This document shows, piece after piece, positions 1-13,119 of a DNA stretch of 64,000 nucleotides (positions are counted from its first letter, which is position 1; every line of letters starts with the position of its first letter). The notes beneath the pieces are model-generated. The model saw only the letters and a list, made by a program, of their open reading frames with translations, was not told the DNA's origin and made no database searches. The stretch lies in contig NC_043009.1 in the NCBI RefSeq assembly GCF_006345805.1, positions 28,334,001 through 28,398,000 of the forward strand, given 5' to 3'. The translations under genes and the position numbers were made by a program. The stretch comes from Octopus sinensis. Its lineage: Eukaryota.

Positions 1-381
1 ACCTATTGAGTCAAGTACCGTCAACACCAACATCAAAATAAAAATCAAATGGAAATTGTAGTTAAGATACCCGTGCCGGTGACACGTAAAAAGCACCGTT
101 AAACGTGGGAGATGCCAGCACCACCTGACTGGCATCCGTGTCGGTGACACATAAAAGCACCAACCGATCATGGCCATTTGCCAGCCTCCTCTGGCCCCTG
201 TGCTGGTGACACGTAAAAAGCACCTACTACACTCACGGAGCGGTTGGCATTAGGAAGGGCATCCAGCTGTAGAAACACTGCCAGATCAGGCTGGAGCCTG
301 GTGCAGCCTCCTGACTTCCTAGACCATCCAACCCATACTAGCATGGAAAACAGACGTTAAACGATGATGATGATGATGATG
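1..381 (+). mobile_element. Non-LTR tail-type interspersed repeat (family C), ending in GTTAAAC(GAT)n
   Basis: Motif GGTTGGC.TTAGGAAGGGCATCCAGCTGTAGAAAC...CATGGAAAACRGACGTTAAAC(GAT)n, which recurs at about 16830-17285, 29095-29330(-), 37080-37310(-), 48045-48365, 61015-61340(-) and 62780-62990. Confidence 0.8.
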
Positions 382-396
382 GTATATATATACAAT

Positions 397-556
397 GAGC
401 TTCTTTCAGTTTCCATCTACCTAAATGCACTCACACGACTTTGATCACCCCAAGGCTATATAGTAAAAGACACATGCCCAAGGTGCCACACAGTGGGATT
501 GAATCTGGAACCATGTAGTTGAGAAGCAAGTTTCTTACCACACAGCCAATCTTGCA
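397..556 (-). mobile_element. tRNA-derived SINE family A, 5' fragment
   Basis: Reverse complement of the family A head (TGGCTGTGTGGTAAG...GGTTCCAGATTCAATCCCACTGTGTGGCACCTTGGGCA). Confidence 0.75.
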
Positions 557-660
557 CTTATATATATATATGCACACACATGCATGTATATATCAATATA
601 TATTTGTGTAAATATATATGTATCTATTTCACTATTTATCTATCTATCTATTATATTATA

Positions 661-1080
661 CTCTTACTCTTTACTCTTTTACTTGTTTCAGTCATTTGAC
701 TGCAGCCATGCTGGAGCACCGCCTTTAGTCGAGCAAATCGACCCCGGGACTTATTCTTTGTAAGCCCAGTACTTATTCTATCGGTCTCTTTTGCCGAACC
801 ACTAAGTGACGGGGATGTAAACACACCAGCATCGGTTGTCAAGCAATGCTAGGGGGACAAACACAGACACACAAACACACACACACGCATATATATATAT
901 ATATATATACATATATACGACGGGCTTCTTTCAGTTTCCGTCTACCAAATCCACTCACAAGGCTTTGGTCGGCCCGGGGCTATAGCAGAAGACACTTGCC
1001 CAAGATGCCACGCAGTGGGACTGAACCCGGAACCATGTGGTCGGTTAGCAAGCTACTTACTACACAGTCACTCCTGCGCC
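661..1080 (-). mobile_element. tRNA-derived SINE family A, full length (CORE-like block; compatible with octopus OR-type SINEs)
   Basis: A-box-like TGACTGTGTAGTAAG, B-box-like GGTTCAGTCC, CCTTGGGCAAGTGTCTT core-like block, internal TA/CA microsatellite and (GTAAAAGA)n tail. About 20 homologous copies in the window. Confidence 0.9.
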
Positions 1081-1411
1081 TATGCCACTCCTGCGCCTAT
1101 ATATATATATATTATATATATTATATATATATATGATATTGTTATTCTTTTTTTACATAATATATAGAACTGTTGAAGAAGTGCTTAGGTTGAAGCCAAG
1201 ACAAACATTTTATAGAATATAAATTTTTAACACTTCTCTTCCCCATACTCATTTCCATATATATATATATATCTCACTTAAATGTTTTTTTTATGTATAT
1301 CATCATCATTGTTTAACGTCCATTTTCTGTGCTAGCACGATTTGGATATATATATATGTGGTTTTTTTTTACTTTTAGAAATATTCATATATGTCAATAT
1401 GTATTTATATA

Positions 1412-1772
1412 TACACTACCGTCAGAAATTAATTAGCACCCTTGATTTGCTCTTCACTCAAGGTATGTGCTGTCACCTAGTGGCCATATCTCGAACTATT
1501 GCTTTGTTGCGAGTTCACTGTTGCGCAGAACGATGACGTAACTTTGTTTGCAGAGCAGTTTGAGAGTCTACAGCCTTATGATGTTGACATAGCAGTGCAA
1601 CAAATTGGAGTGGAGTGCGGATGCAGATAAATCTTCCTTTGTTTAATAGATATAGGTAGCGCCTCGCAAGGACCGAAATCACACCATACTAAGTTTTCTC
1701 ATCGCGTAAGTTAATTGATTTAACCTATTTAATGTAGAAATTTGAGAAGTGCTAATTAATTTCTGACGCAAG
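1412..1772. mobile_element. Putative MITE with a 20-bp perfect inverted repeat
   Basis: CGTCAGAAATTAATTAGCAC (1420-1439) and its reverse complement GTGCTAATTAATTTCTGACG (1749-1768) flank about 310 bp of relatively CpG-rich DNA; the left end reads TACACTACCGTC. Confidence 0.5.
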
Positions 1773-1962
1773 GTAATATATATGCATTTTAAGTCGAATT
1801 TATAAACTGTGTATGAATACGTGAAAAAGAGTTGATTGCCTAATTTGAGTTTTTTTAAATTCTAATTCTTATATTTATATATATACATACATGTATGTAT
1901 ATATATATAATATATATATATAATGCATATGTATATATATATATCTATAATATATATATACA

Positions 1963-2024
<62 letters not shown>

Positions 2025-2058
2025 ATGTATATATATATTATATATATATATATATATA

Positions 2059-2090
<32 letters not shown>

Positions 2091-3340
2091 CGAGGGGCGT
2101 TCAATAAGTAATGCCCCTGACCCACTTGCAGTTGTTTGATCTAGCTGAAATTTTGCATGTGCACTTATTTATACCTCTATACAGCTCTGAACTAATTGTG
2201 GTTTCTGATTTACAGGTGTTTGAACTGAGTCAAGTGTGAAATGGAGCCTGTTGAGTGTCAAGCAGTGATCTGGTTTTTGTATTTGAAAGGACGCACACCA
2301 CGGGAGACTTTCGATGAAATGAAAGTAACTTATGGTGATGATGCCCCATCATATGACCTTGTAAAACGCTGGCATTGTGAATTCAAACATAGTCGGAACT
2401 CTGTGGAAACAGCTCCCAGATCTGGTCGCCCCCTTCTGCCATTGATGAGATGTCTGTCCGTCAAGTTGAGGCTGCCATTTTGGAAGGTCAACGCATAACT
2501 ATTCGCCGAATAGCCCATAAGGTCAAGATTAGTACCGGGTCTGTGGAAACTATCATTCATGACCATTTGCATTTGCAAAAGGTGTCTGCCAGATGGATTT
2601 CCAGGTTGCTCACACCTTTCCAGAAGCAAGAACGCGTTGAGTGCCGAGGATGAATTTGGAGATGTGCAAGAAGATGAGTCAAAATTTTTCAAAAGACTGA
2701 TCACACAGGATATAAAACCTGGGTCCATCACTATGATCCATAGACCAAGCCCAGTCAATGCAGTGAAAGCACCGTGACTCACCTCCTCCAAAGAAGGCAA
2801 GGGTGCAGCCCTCCGCTGACAAGGTTATGCTCAAAGTCTTCTGGGACCAGGACGGAGTAGTGATGACAGATTTCCTGGCAAAGGGTACCACAATTACAGG
2901 AGCCTATATGCTTCACTTTTGAGGAAATAAGAGAAGCTATCAAATCAAGAGGTGGGGCAAGATTAGCAAAGGCACTCCTCCTGCAGGACAACGCTCCGGT
3001 CCACAACTCGCGTGTCGCCAGATCAGAAGCACAGGCATGCAGCTATGAACTCCTCCCCTTGCACCCCCTGATTTTCACCTCTTCCTAGCCATGAAGTTGA
3101 TTTTGAAAGGAAAGCGTTTCCCAGATGATGCAGCCTTGATTTCTGAAGTCACGTCGTGGTTGGAGGACCAAGCTGGGGTCTTCTATGAAAACGGTCTCCA
3201 GAGCTGTATTCAAACGATGGAGAAAATGCATAACTCTGGGTAGTTCCTATGTAGGAAAAGACTAAAACTGTGCCAAGTGTCGTCGTTGCTCTACTGCTAT
3301 GGGAAGTGGGTCAGAGGCATTACTTATTGAACGCCCCTCG
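2091..3340 (+). mobile_element. mariner (Tc1/mariner superfamily) DNA transposon, copy 1, 1250 bp
   Basis: 37-bp TIRs CGAGGGGCGTTCAATAAGTAATGCCYCTGACCCACTT at both ends (1 mismatch), TA on both sides, inserted into (TA)n. Confidence 0.95.
2241..3265 (+). pseudogene. mariner transposase pseudogene (several frameshifts)
   Basis: MEPVECQAVIWFLYLKGRTPRETFDEMKVTYGDDAPSYDLVKRWH N-terminal HTH, WISRLL (WVPRLL-like) motif and LLQDNAPVH, split over several frames. Confidence 0.92.
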
Positions 3341-3375
3341 TATATATAATATATGTATTATATATATATATATAT

Positions 3376-3540
3376 ATAGTTAATCCAAACATGAAAGCAC
3401 AAAAAAACACAGTAACACGAAGACGTGGAACAAATATAGTATTATTGGACGCTCAGGAAAGAAGAAAAGAAGGAGGGTTTAACGTTTCGAGCGGAGCTCT
3501 TTGTTGGAAATATAGGTGAAGGAAAGATCCAGAGAAGGGA
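3376..3540 (-). mobile_element. Hammerhead-bearing short repeat family H2 (PLE/retrozyme-like terminus)
   Basis: Minus strand CCAACAA-A-GAG(CTCCG)CTC-GAAAC-GTT-AAAC, followed by a pyrimidine-rich 3' tail homologous to 42170-42340 and ending at (TA)n. Confidence 0.6.
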
Positions 3541-3576
3541 TATATATATATATATATATGCTCACAAAATTAACAT

Positions 3577-3818
3577 GCACATGGTTGCACACTCCACAGA
3601 CACATATACCCTCAATATTCTTCTCACAGAGGTTCAACATGATGCCAAAAGCAACAGCAGTGGGTCTTTGAATTACAGGTGCAACTCACGTTTGGCAGAT
3701 AAATGGACTGGATTAACAGGAAGTAAAGAACCTTGTTCAAGGTCACAACATGCCACTAAGAATTGAACTCATGACCTTTCACCTGTAAGATAAATGCCCT
3801 AACCACTCAACCATACAC
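3577..3818 (-). mobile_element. tRNA/CORE-like SINE family D, degenerate copy
   Basis: Homologous to 15845-16160 and 57845-58030 (GAGTTCAATTC head, CCTTGARCAAG block, CCAGTCCA). Confidence 0.65.
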
Positions 3819-5815
3819 TTTCACACATTTATGTTTATGCTTGTGTGTTTGTGCATGAGTTCATATTCAAAATAATAAAAACTTCAAAATTATTCTTTCA
3901 TAAACTGATCGAAGCCAATAAACTCATAAAATTCTGTCCAAGCCATTTCTTTATTTACATTGATTTTTTTAAATGTTCTTTCCCCAACCCATATTTCAGA
4001 AAATTATAAAATTTATGTTTTTTAAACTTTAGACAGCAATTGTTGACTTTCTATGTTTTTTCATGTTTTTATTTGTATATATTTGTATTTACATTTTTAT
4101 TGATGTATCTATAAATGTATTTATATATCTTATATATTGGAATGATGTAGTGTTTTTTGCCATACATGGTATTTGCAGAAATCAGTGTTTCCTTGTGTGT
4201 GTGTATACATGTGTATGTGAGTGTGTGTGTGTGTGTGTGTATGAACCATAAAAAGTCAGGAAGTATGAGAAGTGAATATATTCATTTAGCAACTTGTCAT
4301 CCTTAGGCTAACAGCTGTTTCATTGTTTTCTTCATGTAGCACACACAAGATGCAGTTGGAAGTTTGGTGTCTATTTTGCTTTTAGCTCATACCAGCACTT
4401 CTCAATCAACAGTTATCGCATTTTTAAAGAATCAGTGATGTAAACTGCAGTGGGAGCACTATGAAAATAACTAGTTCTCTGTTAGATGACAATGTTGAAC
4501 TTAACTTCTTCTGTATGTAAGATAAAAATCAGTACTGGGTGGCGTGTTGACTAATCTTTAACCTGTTTGAACTGAACATGTCAGCTTCCTTGGTGTCCAA
4601 CTTTCTGATATATTGATAAAAGAGTCTTTACTTTTAGTTTCTGTAATTCTCGCCTTTTAGCATTCTATGAACTGCAAGAAACTCTTCGAGAACTTAATAA
4701 AGGTGTAACACATTCCTGATAGAAAACTGTTAAAATGCCAATAAGTATCTTCGATTATCAATTGATGCTTATTTTTACCGTTTGCAGAAGAATGAAAAAT
4801 AAAGTTGTTCTATTTGGAATTTGAACGATGCCAATTCTTTCTTTCTTCAATTGCTGTGGTTCAACTTCCCTTTAGTAATATATTTCAACTTCATTAATCT
4901 AACCCGGTTTTCCGTATGTCGTAACATAAATATATTTTATTTGCTTCATTTTCTTAAAGGCCATGTTTAGGAGAGAAGAAACGTATCTATGGGAAGGATT
5001 TATGAAGGAAAATTCTCTATAAAATTGGTTCCTGCAATAATTTTACCTTAATAAATTGCTGAACTTTCTAAAAGTAGGTGTCGCTCTAGAAACATACACT
5101 ACTATTATCATTATTTTCATCATCATCAACATCATCAACATCGTTATCATCATCATCATCATCATTGTGAATGATACTGTTGGTAAACGGTACTTTCTAG
5201 ACACAAACAGCAAGTCATTTTCATCTATATGCACAAGTGATTTTGACCGAATTACCCCCAAGGGACACGCAGACACAATGCAAGCAATGGCTGACTGTTT
5301 CGCCTACAAAAGAATCACAATGTTTGCAATTGTTTTCTACAAATCTTTCAAAACTTTTGAACTTCTTCCAAGAAATTTGGTCACTAATAGGAAATAGATA
5401 TAGTTATGATTAATGGGCAAATTCCATACTTGTCTATGTTTTTCTGAAGTCTGTTACACTTTACTAAAGACCAATAACCGAGAATGAATTGTTATTCGTT
5501 GCAAAGGAATGAGCATTCTCTTGAGACTGGAAAGTTCCAGATCATCTCGCTACAGAATCCACTAGTTTAAGTCCATAATTTCAAGATGTTTCTCGTTACA
5601 ATAATTGTCTTGCGGTATTTATTATATTAGTTATCTGTTTTAAAATGGGTGCTATATTCAAATAGCCATAGCTCTGGTGTGTTGTGGTATTAACTGAAGC
5701 CAGCAACTCAGTTTCTAATTGCAGGTGCAGCAGTTTCTCTATTTCACTTCCATTTGTGTTGATAACACAAATGCAAAAAAAAACAAAAACATTTTCTCAT
5801 CTCTCCCTCTCCTCC

Positions 5816-5915
5816 NNNNNNNNNNNNNNNNNNNNNNNNNNNNNNNNNNNNNNNNNNNNNNNNNNNNNNNNNNNNNNNNNNNNNNNNNNNNNNNNNNNNN
5901 NNNNNNNNNNNNNNN
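5816..5915. other. Assembly gap (100 N)
   Basis: Run of exactly 100 N; round-number gaps usually mark scaffold joins of unknown size. Confidence 0.98.
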
Positions 5916-5962
5916 TATATAAGGAAGAAATAAATGGTATAATTATCTAATTTATATATATA

Positions 5963-6009
<47 letters not shown>

Positions 6010-6066
6010 TATATATATAGCGAGAGTGAGAGAGATAGATATATATACATTATATATATGTATATC

Positions 6067-6111
<45 letters not shown>

Positions 6112-6267
6112 ATATATATGCATATATATGTAAATATATAAGTATATATATATATCTAAGTATATGTATATATATATATACTTATTTGTATACTCATATA
6201 TATACAAACATACATATATGCATACATATATATATATATATATATGCATATATATGTAAATATATAA

Positions 6268-6307
<40 letters not shown>

Positions 6308-6583
6308 CATATATCCATACACACATGTATGTATATTTTTGTTTCTACACAAGTGGCATATAACCTTATCATCAGAAGGTTTCAATGGTGCGTAACCTTA
6401 TCAGAAACTTTCATTTGATGCTTAGTTTTATATATTTACTTCTCATTTTATTACACCAATGATAGTAAAGAGTGATCTTTTGTCTAAGTTTAAGAAACTG
6501 TTTATACTTATACTTATGTGTATATTATATATATATATATTACATACACATACATATATGTATAGCATATATATCTGCATGTA

Positions 6584-6626
<43 letters not shown>

Positions 6627-6627
6627 C

Positions 6628-6699
<72 letters not shown>

Positions 6700-6713
6700 A
6701 ATGCATATATATA

Positions 6714-7117
6714 TTCTTTCCTTTTATTCTTTTACGTGTTTCAGTCATTTGAATGTGGCCATGCTGGAGCACCTCTTTTAGTCGAGCAAATCAACCCCAG
6801 GACCTATGCTTTGTAAGCCAAGTCCTTATTCTATCAGTCTCTTTTGCCAAACATATATATGGTTGTCAAGCAATGTTGGGTGGGACAAATGCAAACACAC
6901 AAACATACACACACACAAACACACAATCATATGTATATAATATATATATATATACGACAGGCTTCTTTCATTTTCCATTTACCAAATCCACTCACAAGGC
7001 TTTGGTCAGCCCAAGGTTATTGTAGAAGATACTTGCCCAAGGTGCCTTGCAGTGGGACTGAACCTGGGACCATGTGGCTGGTAAGCAAGCTACTTACCAC
7101 ACAGCCACTCCTGCACC
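6714..7117 (-). mobile_element. SINE family A, full length
   Basis: Homologous to 661-1080. Confidence 0.88.
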
Positions 7118-7196
7118 TAAATATATATATATATATATGTGTGTGTGGGTGTGTGTATGTATTTGTATATATGTATGTACATATATATATATATAT

Positions 7197-7230
<34 letters not shown>

Positions 7231-7504
7231 TACATACACATACATATACATATATGGTGTGTGTATAATTATTTCTGTTTATCTTGTTGTTTCTGCACCA
7301 TCCTTACATCCTTAAGAGGTCTAGATCTATTTTTGTGTTATCTTTTCTCAGACGTTTTATGACTATCAAAAGTATTTAGAAGCTACTTAAAAGCAAACTC
7401 CAAACCTCCCTCTGACACCTGGATTCACTCTCATGAATTGTCACTGCTTCTCTTCTTTCCCACCCAACTTGCTGTGTGGGGGCAGGCATGCCACAAATAG
7501 ACCC

Positions 7505-8310
7505 AGCGTTTCCTCTGCATTTCGTGAAAGGTGACTAAAAGAAACTGAGTTAGGATTTGCACTCCAATCTCATAAACTCTCACCATTGAACCCATGTTGA
7601 GGTAGCTTTGCACCTAAGGGTGTTGAGGTAGGATTGCACTCTGGCCTCATAAAAAACTCTCCAACAACCCCATGTTGATGTAGCTTTGGACATAAAGGGG
7701 TTGAGGCAGGATTGCATGCCAACGTCCTAAAACTCTCACTCCAATCTCATAAAACTCTCACCAGTGACCCCATGTTGAGTTAGCTTTGCACATAAGGGGG
7801 CTGGGGTAGGATTGCACTCCAGCCTCATAAAACCCTCTCCAGTGACCCCATGCTGAGGTAGCTTTGCACATAAGGGGCTTGAGGTGGGATTACACTCTGG
7901 CTTCATAAAATCTTCACCAACGGCCCCCTGTTGAGGTAATATTGCACTTAAGGGTGTTGTGGAAGGATCGCATGCCAACCTCTTAAAACCCTCACCAGTG
8001 ACCCCATGTTGATGTAGCATTGCACATAAGGGGGTTGAGGTAGGATTGCACTCCAGCCTCATAAAATCCTCACCAACAACCCCATGTTGATGTAGCTTTG
8101 CACATAAGAGGTTGAGGCAGGATTGCACACTGACCTCCTAAAACCCGCAGCAGTGACCCCATGCTGAGGTAGCATTGCACTTAAGCGTGTTGAGGTAGGC
8201 TGCACGCTTACATCCTAAAACCATCACCATTAACTCCATGTTTCCTCTGCATGTCATAAAAATGACTAAAAGAGGTTGAGGTAGGACTTGCTCAGTGGCT
8301 TTGTAAAACC
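7505..8310. repeat. 78-bp minisatellite, about 10 diverged units
   Basis: Unit approximately CACCAGTGACCCCATGTTGAGGTAGCTTTGCACATAAGGGGGTTGAGGTAGGATTGCACTCCAGCCTCATAAAACCCT. The minus frame repeats GVTGEGFMRLECNPTSTPLCAKLHQH. Confidence 0.9.
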
Positions 8311-8419
8311 CACCTCACTAACAACAATTACCCAAGCAGAACCATGTGGGTTGGAGGGTTGATACCTGAGTAGAGAATCACCAACATGTGGTTGATGCAG
8401 TTACAGCACATGACCCCAT

Positions 8420-8465
8420 GCTGCTGCTACTACTACTACTGTTACTACTGCTGCTGCTGCTGCTA

Positions 8466-8497
<32 letters not shown>

Positions 8498-8549
8498 ACT
8501 ACTACTACTACTACTACTACTATTGCTGCTGCTGCTGCTGCTGCTGCTG

Positions 8550-8587
<38 letters not shown>

Positions 8588-8627
8588 GTTGCTGCTACTG
8601 CTGCTGCTGCTGCTGCTGCTACTGTCG

Positions 8628-8685
<58 letters not shown>
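8420..8685. repeat. Compound (CTG)n/(CTA)n microsatellite
   Basis: Direct reading; explains the poly-S/L/Y/C ORFs at 8378-8841. Confidence 0.97.
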
Positions 8686-9072
8686 CCAATAATGGACCAA
8701 ATCTGTGGATGGTTTAAGCAGGGCCAAACAATTATTCTGAGAAGGCACCTTTCTCAATACTTTTAGTGAATGTCTTTTTCTCTTTTTTTTTTTTTTTGGT
8801 TTTGTCTCTTTTTGGAAAGATAAAGACATTTTAATGTGCAATCATAGAAAGTTCTGACATTGACTCAGTGACCAAAGACCCAAGACCAGATCGATGTCAC
8901 TTGCGGTCATTTCCCTGTTATTAAGCCTTCAGAAAGGCATTAACGTCACATGTTCCCTATGTACTTTCATCATTATTGCTGTTGTTGTTGTTGTTGTTGT
9001 CATTGTTATCAACATAATTTTTACTACAATCACTAACACAATCATCATCATCATCATCAGCAGCAGCAGCAG

Positions 9073-9232
9073 AGTTCAAATTTCTCCAAGGTCGACTGTG
9101 CCTTTCATCCTTTTGGTGGTGGCGGGGGGGGGGAGGGGTCAAAAGATTAAGTACCAGTTGAGTACTGGGGTTGATCTAATCGAAACGCTCCCTCTCCCCA
9201 CAAATGTCATGTCTTATGCCTATAGTAGAAAG
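9073..9232 (+). mobile_element. SINE family B, 3' fragment
   Basis: GAGTTCAAATT...AGGTCGACTGTGCCTTTCATCCTTT...TAAGTACCAGTTGAGTACTGGGG, shared with more than 12 copies. Confidence 0.75.
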
Positions 9233-9372
9233 GTTTATTATCACCATCACCATCCCCATCCCCACCACTCATCACCATCGCATCATTTCCGCCATCATCA
9301 TTCTTATGATGATGATGACGATGACAATAATGATGATGATGATCATAATTATGACAATGATGACAATGATAG

Positions 9373-9425
<53 letters not shown>

Positions 9426-9820
9426 GTGATGATGAACAATTACAAAGATGTTTGCGTCCTTGGCACGGCCAGAAAAATCAGGAAAGTGTAGCAACAGTGG
9501 TTACCAGAGGTGTGTGTGTGTGTGTGTAATGTTAAAGCCTCACTTGTTTAATATTAAATGTCTTCAATTAGATTACACAAAGCCTCCTCATTAAGCTATC
9601 ACTTGATCTGGTGAGTGGGCGAGTTGGTTGGTCAAGTACAACTATCCAATCGTGTCCCAACAACAAGTCATTTTGCCACCTGGTGGGAAAATCAAGCACC
9701 CAGGCCACAGAAGACATAAATAGCAGATTTTTTGGTTGTCCGGCCTTTTTACCATCATTCTAATGATGTTTGCCTACCAGATTTCAGACCACCATCATTT
9801 TCATGACAAATATTCAAATA

Positions 9821-10217
9821 GGCGCAGTAGTGGCTGTGTGGTAAGCAGCTTGTTTATCAACCACATGGTTCCGGGTTCAGTCCCACTGCGTGGCACCTTG
9901 GGCAAGTGTCTTCTACTATAGCCTCGGGCTGACCAAAGCCTTGTGAGTGGATTTGGTAGACGGAACCTGAAAGAAGCCTGTCGTATATATGTGTGTGTGT
10001 GTGTGTTTGTGTGTCTGTTTGTCCCCCTAGCATTGCTTGACAACCGATGCTGGTGTGTTTATGTTCCCTGTTACTTAGCGGTTCAGCAAAAGAGACCGAT
10101 AGAATAAGTACTGGGCTTACAAAAGAATAAGTCCCGGGGTCGAGTTGCTTGATTAAAGGCGGTGCTCCAGCATGACCGCAGTCAAATGACTGAAAGAAGT
10201 AAAGGAGTAAAAGAGTA
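9821..10217 (+). mobile_element. SINE family A, full length
   Basis: Head TGGCTGTGTGGTAAG...GGTTCAGTCC through the AAAAGAG tail. Confidence 0.9.
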
Positions 10218-10754
10218 ACTACCAATATATCCAGCGTTATCTTGGCAATTTGTTCAGCAACTAACTCTGCCGCCACAGCCTACTCGACATTGACTTGTCC
10301 TGTTACCAATTTCGTTGGCACCTGCTATGGACTTGTAACAGTAAGTCCAAGCTATGAACTGGATATGTTTTCTGCCTAAGCCCCACACATCACACCGTAC
10401 ACATGTTTCTGAAATCCTTGCAATTTTTGTCTCACAATTAGTTAGCCTTTACTTGTTATTCAGAAAGGGTCCACAACATGTTAATATTTGATTTCTTACA
10501 TTGTATGAAAAGCTGTGTTTGTATCATCTTCCTTTTTATCACAGAATACTGTTATACAACTTAAATTTAGTGGAATGCTACATGGCCATCTCCATACCAA
10601 TGAGTTTGGTGTAATGTCATGCTAGTATCCAGCTAATAGTTAGTATCCCGCTAATAGATAGTTGAAAAGAACAGATAGGATGGCACCGTTGGCTGCAGGC
10701 AGCAAGCTCACTATACATGCAAAACTCACTATGCAACAAAACCTGGGCTAAAAA

Positions 10755-10796
<42 letters not shown>

Positions 10797-10874
10797 TAAT
10801 AATAATAATAATTGCAATAATAATAACGATAATAAGGTGATGACGATGATGATTATGATGATAATAATAATGGA

Positions 10875-11084
10875 TTCAAATTTAGGCACAAGGCCATCAA
10901 TTTCTGGGGAGGGGTATAATCGATTACATTGACTCCAGTATGTAACTGGTACTTATTCTATCGACCTCAAAAGGATGACAGGCAAAGTCAACCTTGTTGG
11001 AATTTGAACTCAAAATGTAAAGACATATAAAATACCAGTAAGTGTTTTGTCCAGTGCAGAAACGATTCATAATAATGAGTATGG

Positions 11085-11149
<65 letters not shown>

Positions 11150-11672
11150 ATGATGATAACATAATGATGATGACATAATGATGATTACACTGATGATGGT
11201 GATGATGGTGATGATAATGATAATAATGATAATAAGCCTGAAATTTGGAGGGAGGGATATAGTCAATTACATCGACACCAGTACACAACTGGTACTTAAT
11301 TTTATCTACTCTTAAAGGGTGAAAGGCAAAGTCAACCTTGGTGGAATTGAATTCAGAATGTGAAGATGGACAAAATGCTGCTAAGTAATTTGCCCAGCAC
11401 AGTGACGATTCATGACAACGGTGACGACGATGATGATGATGATGAAGATAATAATAATGATATTAATAATCTTTTTACTATAGGTACCAAGCCAGAAATT
11501 TTGGAGAAGGGGACTAGATGATGACATCAACCCCAGTGTTTCACTGGTACTTAATTTATCGACCCTGAAAGTATGAAAGGCAAAGTCGACCTCAGTGGAA
11601 TTTGAACTCAGAATGAAAAGACAGGTGAAATATCGCTAAGCATTTCACCCGGTGTGCTAACGATTCTGCCAG
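10875..11672 (-). mobile_element. Three tandemly oriented SINE family B copies (about 10875-11070, 11240-11410, 11468-11672) separated by triplet microsatellites
   Basis: Repeated ACTGGTACTTA...TATCGACC...AAAGG.TGAAAGGCAAAGTCRACCTYGGTGGAATTTGAACTCAGAA. Confidence 0.85.
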
Positions 11673-11680
11673 CTGGCCAT

Positions 11681-11845
<165 letters not shown>

Positions 11846-12330
11846 TGCAACATGAACGAAATGAAACGGAAAAGCAAGAAATAAAAGAGACGAGATGTGA
11901 TGACAACAGGCGCAATATTTTCTGTTTAAATATAGAAATTATTACTGTTGTAGTTGCTCTGTATTATTGTAACAGAAACAGAGGAGGTGGTGGCGCTGGT
12001 GAAGGATTGGCAGTGGTGGTGGTGATGGTGGTGTTGGTGGTGGTGTTGGTGTGTGGGGGTGATGGAATCGGTGGACATATTTGATGGAAGATAAATTAAC
12101 AAGGTAAATATATTGGACTTTATTTAATTTATGTCATATTGAGTTTGGTTTAGAAATGGTAGAGTTCTTTTTACTGCCAGAATTCTAGATTGTGTTTTAT
12201 AAGAATTCTGGCAGGAACTAAAAATATCATTGATTGCTTTCATATAGGAACCTCATAAAATACATATACATGTCAAAATATATGTGTGTGTGTATATGTG
12301 AATATCTATATCTATATCTATCTATATATA

Positions 12331-12373
<43 letters not shown>

Positions 12374-13027
12374 ATATGTATGCATATATACACACAAACA
12401 TATATGTATATATGTATATATATCTACCCCTTGTGGGTAGTAAAGAAATATATATATCTATATATATATAGATATACATAGACATACATATAAATAAGCA
12501 TGAGTGTAAATATAGATATATTAAGGAATGTATATATGTACATGTATATAATGCATGTACATGTGTGTATATTTATATATATGTTTGTATGTATAAATTT
12601 AGATATGTATGTGTGCGTATATGTAATACATATACACATATATAATATCTATAGATTTGTACACACATACATAAACGCACATACACACATACACATACAC
12701 ACATATACATATATGAATATATATTTGTAGATGCATGTATATTTGCATGCATATATGTGAGTTTATAAATGTATGTGTGTGTGTGTGCATTTGTGTATGT
12801 ATATGAAGTGTGTCAGAAAGTTCTACAGTATGTCTAAACACATCTTAATATAAAGTGACACAAATTTTTGACATACTTAATTCAAAATCTCAAACATAGA
12901 TGCTTAGACACTAATTTATATAATGCACCCCACCTCACCCCACCTCACCCCCCCGCACCCACATATACATACGTATATATATATATATATATATGTATAG
13001 ACAGACAGATGGATGCATATACATACA

Positions 13028-13119
<92 letters not shown>

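Noticed and set aside
846-1136. Recurring ORFs such as FRLPNPLTRLWSARGYSRRHLPKVPRSGTEPGTMW (also at 6844, 9801, 21038, 28633 and 43187)
   Set aside because: Antisense translations of SINE family A, not a gene family.
6361-6412. CTGATAA-GGT..ACC-ATTGAAAC as a hammerhead
   Set aside because: Core mismatch, extra bases before GAAA and no stem I.
7505-8310. CRISPR-like array
   Set aside because: The units are tandem and homologous over their whole length, with no unique spacers or cas genes; the context is eukaryotic.
8378-8841. Poly-S/L/Y/C/V ORFs, and all IYIY/HTHT/LSIY ORFs across the window
   Set aside because: Translations of microsatellites; open in several frames for compositional reasons.
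9821-9900. tRNA-like heads as tRNA genes
   Set aside because: They continue into SINE bodies and lack a complete cloverleaf acceptor stem.
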